Virus record (IMG/VR): IMGVR_UViG_3300050011_000393
Coordinates: 32,668 to 96,667 of that record
Length of the DNA stretch: 64,000 nt
Strand: one strand, 5' to 3'
Source of the DNA: a virus
Positions 19,186 to 27,405 of this stretch are shown piece after piece. The position numbers and the translations under genes were made by a program. The first letter of the stretch is position 1, and every line of letters begins with the position of its first letter. Under the pieces are notes generated by a model. It was given only the letters and a program-made list of their open reading frames with translations, had not been told where the DNA came from and did no database searches.

Positions 19186-21003
19186 ATGGCTGAAAATACA
19201 CCGCAGACCGCACCTGTCATCGACGGAATGAATGCACCTGCCCCTTCTGTTATGGAATCGGTATCGCCTCCGAACCTGACGCAAGGCAACTTGCCCGCTT
19301 ATGGTGAGCCTGGAGCCGCGTCTGAACCTTCAACTGTTGTGTCTCCGAACACGCCAGCAGCCCAGCCAGCGGCCGCCCCTCCGAAGCACGCACATCTGCT
19401 CGCCATGGTTCAGGGTCTCGCTGATGGGCTTTCTGGTTTTTCTGCAGGTCTGGCCAGCAAAGGGAAAGTCTCGGGCGCTGAAGTTGTTCAAAACCTCGAA
19501 GCGCAGCGTCAGCAAGCAGCGCAGTCTAAGCAAGCCGCAGCAACGGCCCAGACAGCGGCGGACACAGAAAATCGACTGAAACAAGCTACGACGAACCAGA
19601 TCAATTCCAGCACGATTCATAGCAACCAGACTTTTAAAAACGAAATGGCTCTGAGCGACATGAGCGTGCAAGAAAAAGCTACAAAAATAGCGTCTGACCA
19701 GTTCAATTTATTTGCAGGTACTGGAATGAATCCCGATCAAATCAACCAGCTAGTGAAGGGCGGCGCGGTCGACGCTAAAACTTCGAACATGCTGCAAGTG
19801 AATGCTCAGCAACAATACCGCATCGCTTCTCAATTACTGCCCGAGGATAATCCGACGGTAGTGGCAATGAAGGGCGCACTAGCTGATCCAACCACGTCCC
19901 CTGCCACTCTGGTCCAACTGAACAATCGATTGCAAGCGGAACTGAAGGGTCAAGAAGGCGTAAACGACGCGAAGATCAAAGCCGCAACTGTTGCCGCGAC
20001 CGCTCCGTTTGGCGATAAGGCCGCTGACTTAAATAAAGCGCTGCTCGACCGCTACAAAATATCAAATCCAGGCGCAACTGAATTGCCGCAAGGATATGCG
20101 CTCGACGAGAAATCCACGCCGAAAGATTTTGACCGCGTTGATAAAATAATGCAGCAGACTGAGTCCGCATTGGCGACAAAAGCCAATCGCGATATCGTCA
20201 ATGGCATGCGCGAACAAATGCTGGACCTAGCCAAGGGAGTGAAGATTCCAGGCGACGAAACAAAAAGCGGAGCGGAATATCTTGCGTCTTTGCCTGTAGG
20301 ATTACAGGGACCAGTGAAAGAAATCGGAGAAGGGCGCGCCGCGCCACCGCCGTCCGGTTCGCGCAGTCCTGCCGCTCAGACTCTTAATGCCGCGTTGAAC
20401 CGCGCATACCCTGATTATGACGCGACAAAGTATCCTGCCTATCTCGACGCGCGAAAGAAATTTACTTCGGGTCCTGAATCGAAGGGCATCAACTCTCTCA
20501 ATACGGTTGAGACGCATTTGGGCCGCATGCTCGACCACTTAAATGCACCGAACACATCGGGCGGTATTACTGGCCGCGTGACGGGGTTCTTCGGTGATAA
20601 GGACGTTCAGGCTCTGGATATTGATCGCACTGCGGTCTCTACCGAACTTTCGAAGGCGTATGCTGCAGGCCAGATTTCCGAAGGCGAAGTTCGAGACTGG
20701 GAAGCGAAACTTGATATTAGGCAGCCGGGTATGACGACAGGCAAGATGGCGACTAACATCAAAGAAATTGATGGCCTGCTCGAAGGAAAACAGAAAGCAT
20801 ACCAGACGCAGTGGGCGACTGCAGCTCCCTCTGCCAGTATTGTGTCCCCTGTACCGATTATTAGTTCCGACGCCTCCGCCGCGCGCGCAAACATTCGTGG
20901 CGAAAAAGCCTCCGCGCACAACGTTGGTGATTCGGTCACATTAAAGAATGGCCAGACAGTCACTATCAAGACCATGAACCCAGACGGCACCTTCACTTAC
21001 TAA
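19186..21003 (+). CDS. internal virion / DNA ejection protein
   Basis: 605 aa A/Q-rich helical protein in podovirus core module. Confidence 0.6.
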   Translation: MAENTPQTAPVIDGMNAPAPSVMESVSPPNLTQGNLPAYGEPGAASEPSTVVSPNTPAAQPAAAPPKHAHLLAMVQGLADGLSGFSAGLASKGKVSGAEVVQNLEAQRQQAAQSKQAAATAQTAADTENRLKQATTNQINSSTIHSNQTFKNEMALSDMSVQEKATKIASDQFNLFAGTGMNPDQINQLVKGGAVDAKTSNMLQVNAQQQYRIASQLLPEDNPTVVAMKGALADPTTSPATLVQLNNRLQAELKGQEGVNDAKIKAATVAATAPFGDKAADLNKALLDRYKISNPGATELPQGYALDEKSTPKDFDRVDKIMQQTESALATKANRDIVNGMREQMLDLAKGVKIPGDETKSGAEYLASLPVGLQGPVKEIGEGRAAPPPSGSRSPAAQTLNAALNRAYPDYDATKYPAYLDARKKFTSGPESKGINSLNTVETHLGRMLDHLNAPNTSGGITGRVTGFFGDKDVQALDIDRTAVSTELSKAYAAGQISEGEVRDWEAKLDIRQPGMTTGKMATNIKEIDGLLEGKQKAYQTQWATAAPSASIVSPVPIISSDASAARANIRGEKASAHNVGDSVTLKNGQTVTIKTMNPDGTFTY

Positions 21004-21013
21004 AGAAAAAATT

Positions 21014-22312
21014 ATGGGACAAGCCAGTATCGACGACATCGTTTCGAATCAGGGCCCGGCTGTTGCGCCTCCAACAGCGGCTGCTGCCGCCGCGCCCGTG
21101 AGCGGGACTGCGCATGTCGATGACATTGTTTCGAATCAAGGTCCTGCGCCCGGGTCTATTACCGAAGCGAATCAGAAATATAATCAACCCTTTCAGCCCG
21201 TGCCAAAAGATCCCGTCGCTCCTCCGCAGGACCACAAGGAAGAATTGGTTAAAAGCGTCGGCGGGGATCATGGGTTAGCTGCTTATCGTGCTGCCCGAAA
21301 AGCCGTAGATGGCGTGGAGTTAATGATTAAGGCTCCTGCTGCATCATATGACGCAGCTAAAGAATTAGTTCGAAATCTCGGTACGGACATGTTGTCTAAC
21401 GTCAAAGCGAATCTGACGGAAACAGACCCAAATCACGGACAGATGTACGCAGCGCCGATTTTTCCTGCGCCGGGAGTAGGCACGGCTACACAAGCCTTTG
21501 CCGATACAGCTCCTGCGGTAAGTACGACAGCTCCTATCGCCGCTGCTACCACCGCACCCGCAGGCGATAGTCTTATGACTCGACTGACAAATCCGTTTAA
21601 GAAATGGTTGGCAACGCCGAAAGACGCAGGTGCTGCAGCAACTCAGGAGCCTACTGCCGCAGCCGTGCGAGACGTGACTGGATCTCCCGCAAGCGCGCCG
21701 ATTGTTTCTCGCGAAGCAGGTACAACCGCCGCTGACGATATGTTGAACAACCTCGGAGTTCAAAAAGACGCCGCATATAAAAAGATTGATGATATTGCGG
21801 AATTTGATTTGAAGGCGGAGAAACAAAAACTCTCCGATACGAAGTACGCCATCAAGCAGCCAGGCGCAGACGTCAAGGGGCTACAGGAAGAAATGGATCT
21901 AAGCAATCAAAAAATCGCCGATGCCAATAAAAAATTGGTCAAGGCAGGAATCAATCCCAAAGACGCCGACGAACTCAACAAGGCGTGGGAAGCGACGAAA
22001 TTATTTAAGCAGGATCTCGTCAGGGCTACAAAGGCTGACGGGACTCTGGACGTGAATGTCTTGTTGAAGCGCGCAAATAGCCGCTTCAATCCTCGGTATG
22101 GCGACCGCCTCGCCCAGGCGTTTGGTAAAGGTGACGCGCAAGCGGGCAAAGCAATCGCCTCGAAATACATTCAAGGACTCGAAGCGGCCCAGGCCGCAGG
22201 TCAGCACGCGCTCAGCACCCAGCGATTCAAACTGTGGCTGACGGGGCTTGGCGCGACTGCTGGAATCGGGAGCGCAGGATATAAAACGCTCGAGACTTTA
22301 CTTGCTCCCTAA
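21014..22312 (+). CDS. internal virion / DNA ejection protein
   Basis: 432 aa, duplicated N-terminal DDIVSNQGPA, C-terminal hydrophobic segment. Confidence 0.55.
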   Translation: MGQASIDDIVSNQGPAVAPPTAAAAAAPVSGTAHVDDIVSNQGPAPGSITEANQKYNQPFQPVPKDPVAPPQDHKEELVKSVGGDHGLAAYRAARKAVDGVELMIKAPAASYDAAKELVRNLGTDMLSNVKANLTETDPNHGQMYAAPIFPAPGVGTATQAFADTAPAVSTTAPIAAATTAPAGDSLMTRLTNPFKKWLATPKDAGAAATQEPTAAAVRDVTGSPASAPIVSREAGTTAADDMLNNLGVQKDAAYKKIDDIAEFDLKAEKQKLSDTKYAIKQPGADVKGLQEEMDLSNQKIADANKKLVKAGINPKDADELNKAWEATKLFKQDLVRATKADGTLDVNVLLKRANSRFNPRYGDRLAQAFGKGDAQAGKAIASKYIQGLEAAQAAGQHALSTQRFKLWLTGLGATAGIGSAGYKTLETLLAP

Positions 22313-22370
22313 TCGCCGAAGCAATATAAAGTCCAGAACCCGCCAAGAATCGCACAGATAAATAGTAAAA

Positions 22371-22529
22371 TCATGATTGCCTCTCTGCGTTGAGAATGGC
22401 GACTTCGGGTCCGTCGTTTGCAGGGTCTTGTTGCTCGATTTGATCCACCAAATCATTATAGCCCCCGAACCGCAGCGTCCGCTTGATTAAGATGTAATCA
22501 TCTGAACTCACTTCTATTTTGAATTTCAC
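22371..22529 (-). CDS. small early hypothetical protein
   Basis: GGAGG RBS before GTG, own sigma70 promoter. Confidence 0.5.
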   Translation of the reverse strand: MKFKIEVSSDDYILIKRTLRFGGYNDLVDQIEQQDPANDGPEVAILNAERQS

Positions 22530-22549
22530 AGTGTTGCCTCCAATTCCTA

Positions 22550-22594
22550 CAGTGTACAGATGTTTCAAATCCTTGGCAATAGTACTTTAGTACC
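22550..22594 (-). promoter_or_regulatory. sigma70 promoter with GTAC-N4-GTAC operator
   Basis: minus strand TTGCCA-N17-TACACT preceded by GGTACTAAAGTACT. Confidence 0.6.
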
Positions 22595-22647
22595 AAGAGT
22601 TTGGCGCTTTAAGACTTTTCATTACATAGTTAGTATAGGAGCGTGAC

Positions 22648-22845
22648 ATGGAGCGGTCACCAATCTGCCCGAACTGTCTCTCGAAGTTTAATGATATTCG
22701 AGGGTGCATTTACGTCGACGGCAAAGTGACAGGCCGCCGATGCGAAGATGATTGGCATCGAGGAATAGGGTACGATCCCAACAAATGGGACCTAAGCGAG
22801 TTCGATACTGAATTTTTATCTGAGCAGAAAGTTTCTTCAAGGTGA
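22648..22845 (+). CDS. small Cys/His protein with LSEFDTEFL motif
   Basis: AGGAG RBS; CPxC...C...H. Confidence 0.55.
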   Translation: MERSPICPNCLSKFNDIRGCIYVDGKVTGRRCEDDWHRGIGYDPNKWDLSEFDTEFLSEQKVSSR

Positions 22846-22848
22846 CTT

Positions 22849-23121
22849 GTGACAGATTTCGAGACGCTGGTAATAAAAGAACTTGGCGACATTCGGGCAA
22901 TCGGCACGGCCACCGCGCAAAGAGTCGAGTCACTGGAGAATCGGCTATTCGATGGAAATTCCAGCGTAGTGAGCACTCTGCAGGCCGACATTCAAGAAAT
23001 TAAAGACGACCGCAAGTCCGATGCACGCTGGAGTCGAATACACAACGTGGCACATTACAGCTTGACGCCTATCGTAGTTGCTCTCCACGCCATTGCTCGT
23101 CATTTTGGAATCGAAATTTAA
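22849..23121 (+). CDS. coiled-coil plus C-terminal membrane segment protein (holin/XhlA-like)
   Basis: Coiled coil followed by hydrophobic C-terminus. Confidence 0.45.
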   Translation: MTDFETLVIKELGDIRAIGTATAQRVESLENRLFDGNSSVVSTLQADIQEIKDDRKSDARWSRIHNVAHYSLTPIVVALHAIARHFGIEI

Positions 23122-24479
23122 TTCAAAATTCCCCAGAATTTGCGCTCGGCGGCAGGCGTTTTAGGCAAACGCTTAACGCTGGTTATATCCGCGCGCACCA
23201 AGAAATATCGGCCAGTAGGAAAATTCACCCGGACGATTACGCCTTGTCGATCAATCTTCGTCACTGTGCCACAATATTTCGCCGCGTCTCCCGCTAGGAT
23301 TTCGACAAAATCTCCGCCATGAACCCCCAATAAAGTTGGGGGATTGTGCCCACCCATCATTTGGAGCACGTCTGCATGTGGAACCTCGACGGCATGCATG
23401 AATGTGCCCTCGTCGTCGCAGACTGTAGCCATTTCTGCAATTCCTCGAATCCGAGTCAATTTGCGCGTCAGAGCGGCCGAGGAACTCCGCGCGAAGATAT
23501 ATCCAAATGCCAGTTCGCCATCGGCGTTCAGCGGCGCGAAAATTTGCGCGGGCTTCTTGCCGAAAATGCGTTTTCCTTGTTCGCGGAGCGTCGGCATAAT
23601 TTGCGCCATGCGGTGCTCCGACGAGATCTCCAACATGCACCACGGCGTGTCCTCGAGGCTATCGATGCGGCCGAACGACACGAGCGGAGAAGTCTCCAGC
23701 GGCGGCGCGGCAAAGCGCATAAATTTGACGCGCCGGTTTCGTGCCTGGCACCGTTTGCTGAGTCCTGCGCCAGTCAGAGAAGCCTGGTGAGTCAAACTGC
23801 GGAGATATGCGCCGACGGCAACGGCCTGTACATTCTTGTCCGCAAGAAGTTTCTCGATCACGGGTCGAAAGATTTTACGGACGGCAGGGGTCGGCATAAG
23901 GAAATATCGGGCCACGTCCGAATAGTTCTGGGTCTCGGCATAGGCGACGATCATGTCCGTCAAGGACCCATGTTCCGTGGATTCTACGCCAGCTTTGCGG
24001 AGAATAGGTCGCAGAATCTCCGCATCCGGTTTCACGCCCAACAAGATCAAGGACCCAATGGACTGTTCGATGATGCGCAAATTTTGCCATACCCTTGTTT
24101 GTATAAAGCCGTGAACCTGGCCGATGAAACTCTGCGATTTGCCCAAGAGCCAATATTCGGCGAACAGCTCCTGAAACTCAGGCCGCAGGCGTTCGAGCAA
24201 CGGAATTAATTTGTCAGGATAATCACGCGCGAACGATTTGAAGTCGATGATGCTGCTACTCTCAGGGAGAGTCTCGGCGGACAGCAGAGGATTCTCTTCA
24301 TTGCGATTAAAGGCTTCGTAACTCGCAGCGTCAGAGACGTGGTCCATGTAGGATTGCACGCCCTGGGTACCATCCCCCTTCATGCGCGCTTTGCCGCGTA
24401 ACCACTTGCCGCCCCAAGCGCCGTAACTTCTCCGGCCTAACCCCCGAGGTGCCCGCCACCCGCACGAATATGTCTTCAT
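23118..24479 (-). CDS. tandem sigma70-region-4-like HTH fused to NusG/RfaH-like NGN + KOW domains (transcription regulator)
   Basis: LERLRPEFQELF..YWLLGKSQSFIGQVHG...V; second HTH YAETQNYSDVARYF..PTPAVRK; NGN-like PWCML...FAP...FGYIFAR...LTRIRGI; KOW GDFVEILAGDAAKYCGTVTKID. Confidence 0.75.
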   Translation of the reverse strand: MKTYSCGWRAPRGLGRRSYGAWGGKWLRGKARMKGDGTQGVQSYMDHVSDAASYEAFNRNEENPLLSAETLPESSSIIDFKSFARDYPDKLIPLLERLRPEFQELFAEYWLLGKSQSFIGQVHGFIQTRVWQNLRIIEQSIGSLILLGVKPDAEILRPILRKAGVESTEHGSLTDMIVAYAETQNYSDVARYFLMPTPAVRKIFRPVIEKLLADKNVQAVAVGAYLRSLTHQASLTGAGLSKRCQARNRRVKFMRFAAPPLETSPLVSFGRIDSLEDTPWCMLEISSEHRMAQIMPTLREQGKRIFGKKPAQIFAPLNADGELAFGYIFARSSSAALTRKLTRIRGIAEMATVCDDEGTFMHAVEVPHADVLQMMGGHNPPTLLGVHGGDFVEILAGDAAKYCGTVTKIDRQGVIVRVNFPTGRYFLVRADITSVKRLPKTPAAERKFWGILN

Positions 24480-24784
24480 AGATTTCTCAGCCCCTTGATT
24501 TTCTTCTGTGCGATTTTCCAGTATCGATTTACCATTGTTTCAAAAACCGCGCCGTGTTCCAGCAGAGGCTCGGCCACATGTAACATCTCGTGGACCATGG
24601 TCTTTCCCCAGCGTTTGTGGCCCGCGTTTATAAAAATCACGGGGAGCATGAAGTCGTTGTCGAACAAGGTGACACCATTGCAGCGGGGAATCCAGGGGTC
24701 GTCAATGACGATGACGACCGCTGACGGGAGATTATTCTTCCAAATGATTTTATTGAGTTGCTTGTATGCGGTTTCTGGCCTCAT
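24476..24784 (-). CDS. SprT-like HExxH zinc metallopeptidase
   Basis: YKQLN...W...LP, TMVHEMLH, EHGAVF. Confidence 0.8.
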   Translation of the reverse strand: MRPETAYKQLNKIIWKNNLPSAVVIVIDDPWIPRCNGVTLFDNDFMLPVIFINAGHKRWGKTMVHEMLHVAEPLLEHGAVFETMVNRYWKIAQKKIKGLRNL

Positions 24785-24791
24785 GAAAACA

Positions 24792-24820
24792 AGGGTACTA
24801 AAGCACTAGTACCCTGTCAA
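24792..24820 (-). promoter_or_regulatory. sigma70 promoter (probably leaderless) with GTAC boxes in the spacer/-10
   Basis: minus TTGACA-N17-TACCCT, ATG 7 nt downstream. Confidence 0.55.
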
Positions 24821-24988
24821 GTCTTTTTCTTCTTCGGTAAAATACCGCTCGATGCCGTCGCGATAGCGGCGTTTTACATTGCCCGCCCAGCCTTGTTCTG
24901 GGTGCTCGACCACAGCACGCTCTTCCCAGTCGCGCACTTTACCAGGAAGAGCGGGCGGGAATAGCCAAGATAGGATACGTGCAATCAT
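24806..24988 (-). CDS. small hypothetical protein
   Basis: TAATG-coupled to upstream ORF. Confidence 0.45.
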   Translation of the reverse strand: MIARILSWLFPPALPGKVRDWEERAVVEHPEQGWAGNVKRRYRDGIERYFTEEEKDLTGY

Positions 24989-25386
24989 TATCGCTTCACA
25001 ATCGGCTCACGCAGAGAGCCATCTTGCGCGTTATCGAAGCGGCCATAACGGAAGCGGTCGCGGACCAGAACTGCGCCGTCGAAGCTCGGGTCGTAAATGT
25101 TGCCGCTGACTTTTTTCTTGTCGACCTTGCCGTAACCCATGATGCCATAGATGATACCAGTGGCGATGTCGACCATGAACGCGCCCGAGCTGCCGATGTC
25201 TAGGCGCGCATATTTCTTGCCGAAAAACCCATGGACCTGGTCGTTGGCGTGGGTGAACCCATGACGGTTGTAGTGATCACAGTTCGCGGCTATCTGCCAC
25301 GCGGCTAGAATTTCGTTAAACCTATCGCGCTTCGCTGCAGGAATCCCTGTTGTGATGTTGCTGCTCATTGTGCCCGCTTCGGTCAT
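24988..25386 (-). CDS. early hypothetical phage protein
   Basis: GGAGG RBS, promoter upstream, KKY.RLD...FMVD..TG.IY pattern. Confidence 0.65.
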   Translation of the reverse strand: MTEAGTMSSNITTGIPAAKRDRFNEILAAWQIAANCDHYNRHGFTHANDQVHGFFGKKYARLDIGSSGAFMVDIATGIIYGIMGYGKVDKKKVSGNIYDPSFDGAVLVRDRFRYGRFDNAQDGSLREPIVKR

Positions 25387-25408
25387 TGTGATTGCCTCCG
25401 TGCGTACA

Positions 25409-25469
25409 ACAATACGAAATTGTACAAAAACATGCAATAGTACGAAAGTACTAGTTGACAGATGGTACT
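25409..25469. promoter_or_regulatory. divergent promoters with GTAC-N4-GTAC operator
   Basis: minus TTGCAT-N17-TATTGT; AGTACGAAAGTACT at 25439-25452; plus-strand TTGACA follows. Confidence 0.6.
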
Positions 25470-25501
25470 CGATGTGGCACCCTGATTGCAGGGGATACCT
25501 C

Positions 25502-25846
25502 ATGCGTCTGTTTTGGATTTTATTGTTGGCTCTTTGTTTGATTGGCTGTGCCCAGTCCAGTCCATCACCGATACCGACTACCCTGACGGTCACCCCGGCT
25601 AGTTTGCCCGTGGCGCGCGCTGGGGAGGTCTATGCCGTGCAATTAACCGCCATAGGGGGTTCCGCACCATATTCTTGGTCCGTCGCCTCTGGCGGGCTCC
25701 CAGTAGGGGTTACGTTAAGTCCTGCAGGGGTCTTGGCAGGGGTTCCCCAGCAGTCAGGCTCGTTCAATTTCGTCATTCAAGTAACAGATTCGGCTACATC
25801 CGTGGCTAAAATTCAAATCAGGGGGAAGAAAGATGCAAATTCGTAG
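25502..25846 (+). CDS. lipoprotein with one putative Ig (He_PIG) domain
   Basis: Lipobox LIGC; GG.APYSWSVASG.LP.GVTL..AG.L.G.P. Confidence 0.8.
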   Translation: MRLFWILLLALCLIGCAQSSPSPIPTTLTVTPASLPVARAGEVYAVQLTAIGGSAPYSWSVASGGLPVGVTLSPAGVLAGVPQQSGSFNFVIQVTDSATSVAKIQIRGKKDANS

Positions 25847-26507
25847 ATGGTTATTCGCGTTTTTTATGCTGGTGTCGTTCGCACTGCCATGGCAGGCGAA
25901 GGCCCAGGACAAAGCAACTAAATCGCTGACGCTGACCGTCAATTCCGGCACAGTGGCAATTTCGACGGCCACGATTCCCGGGGGCATGGTCGGGTTGGCG
26001 TATTCCACAACGATTGCCGCGACTGGTGGCCTTTCGCCATATAATTTCACAGTGACTGCGGGAGCTCTTCCGGCAGGATTGACTCTCGCATCCACCACGG
26101 GAATTTTATCCGGAACGCCGACAACCGCAGGGTCCAGTACATTCACGGTTCAGGTGGTCGACGCCGAAACACCGACCGTCACTGCTACCCAGGCATACAC
26201 TCTCGTCATTGTGCCTACACTCACGATCACGACTTCAACCTTGCCCGCGGCTAACATCGGCGTCAATTACTCGACGACCATCGTGGCCACAGGCGGAGTG
26301 AGTCCGTACACATTCGCAGTCACGACAGGCGCGCTGCCTTCTGGCTTGACACTCTCATCGACGGGTGTAATTTCAGGGACGCCTACTTCTGCGGGATCCT
26401 TCTCGTTTACCATCACGGTCACCGACAGCGGGTCTAACATTGTCCGCTTGGAGATCAAAACAAACATCGAAATCGCGGCGGTCATTACGAAGGGCGACCG
26501 CTCGTGA
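25833..26507 (+). CDS. secreted protein with two putative Ig (He_PIG) domains
   Basis: Signal peptide AKA-QD; two GG.SPY.F..T.GALP.GLTL repeats. Confidence 0.85.
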   Translation: MQIRRWLFAFFMLVSFALPWQAKAQDKATKSLTLTVNSGTVAISTATIPGGMVGLAYSTTIAATGGLSPYNFTVTAGALPAGLTLASTTGILSGTPTTAGSSTFTVQVVDAETPTVTATQAYTLVIVPTLTITTSTLPAANIGVNYSTTIVATGGVSPYTFAVTTGALPSGLTLSSTGVISGTPTSAGSFSFTITVTDSGSNIVRLEIKTNIEIAAVITKGDRS

Positions 26508-26845
26508 AATTGATTCGCACAGGGGTTTTGGCTCTCGCGTTGCTGGCTTCGGCCAGCGGCGCGGGGGCGCAGGACAAAACAACGCACTCGTATGCAGTCA
26601 CTGTCGGGCATGTGGTGACCTTATCCTGGACTGCGTCAACGACCACGGACGTGACCGCCTATAATATTTATGTCAGCGGGACTTCAGGTGGGCCATACAC
26701 TCGTATTGGGACCACGCCATTGCCGCAGTTTATGGATTTAGGTGGAATCGCAGGCACAAAATACTTTTATGTTGTGACGGCGGTTGACGGCAACGGGGAG
26801 AGCGCATTTTCGAGCGAAGTCTCGGTCACACTTCCCACGCCATAA
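26504..26845 (+). CDS. secreted fibronectin type III protein
   Basis: Signal peptide AGA-QD; LSWTAS...YNIY...YFYVVTAVD...ES..S. Confidence 0.85.
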   Translation: MKLIRTGVLALALLASASGAGAQDKTTHSYAVTVGHVVTLSWTASTTTDVTAYNIYVSGTSGGPYTRIGTTPLPQFMDLGGIAGTKYFYVVTAVDGNGESAFSSEVSVTLPTP

Positions 26846-26851
26846 TAGTTC

Positions 26852-26879
26852 TTGACATTGTCCGAGAGTTTGATACCAT
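26852..26879 (+). promoter_or_regulatory. sigma70 promoter of tmRNA gene
   Basis: TTGACA-N16-TACCAT with extended TG. Confidence 0.65.
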
Positions 26880-26885
26880 CAGATT

Positions 26886-27360
26886 TGCCGTTTAAGCGGC
26901 TGGTGGAAGGAAATGGTTCCACAAAGAGACTCGGATTGATGGGACGGTCCTAAAACCATAGGGACGAACAAAGGGATTGATGGTAGGCATCACTCCTAAA
27001 TCCAACATCACCAGAGTCTCTTTGTGGGGCCGTTTCGCCCCAAAAGTATAATCGTAGAAAGGCTATTGCTTATCATTCGGACGGGGCTTCGATGCCCCCG
27101 GGTCCACCCGAACGCTAGGAAACCGCAAGGAAGGTCGCCGCAGTGCGGTGGACTCTGAGCACCGTGCCTAGCGTTTCGGTGGGCCCGAATCGGTTTCGAC
27201 GGATGCATGAGAGGTAGTGCTTATTCGGTTCGTCACGGACACGACGTTAAACTGTACCAAACAAACAACAGTCAAGCCCACAAAGCTGGCTAAGGTCCTG
27301 ATGTTTGCGCGTCCTGCGGCATTCGTGCCACAGGCACTCGCAGCCTAAAGGGCTGGGCGG
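26886..27360 (+). ncRNA. ssrA: circularly permuted (two-piece) tmRNA
   Basis: T-arm and 3' acceptor strand CGGGTCC-A-CC (27083-27108) precede 5' strand GGGCCCG...TTCGAC (27181); G3:U70 pair; PK1; tag frame 27271-27348 VKPTKLAKVLMFARPAAFVPQALAA*. Ends approximate. Confidence 0.88.
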
Positions 27361-27388
27361 GAGAGCCCGAAAGGTTCTCCCGTTTTTT
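27357..27388 (+). terminator. intrinsic terminator after tmRNA
   Basis: GCGGGAGAGCC-CGAAA-GGTTCTCCCGT followed by T run. Confidence 0.8.
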
Positions 27389-27405
27389 AATTTACGGAGG
27401 GCTAA

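Noticed and set aside
23346-24209. 287-aa plus-strand ORF and similar long antisense ORFs (1774..2379, 58658..59146, 61275..61934)
   Set aside because: Shadow frames of well-supported genes on the opposite strand, no motifs
27075-27110. tmRNA 3' end as a mere attP fragment
   Set aside because: Matching 5' strand, helix 2, PK1, tag frame, promoter and terminator are all present, so it is a whole permuted gene
27109-27180. Hammerhead ribozyme in the tmRNA intervening segment
   Set aside because: GAAAC and CTGAG are present but the CUGANGA core and stem order do not fit
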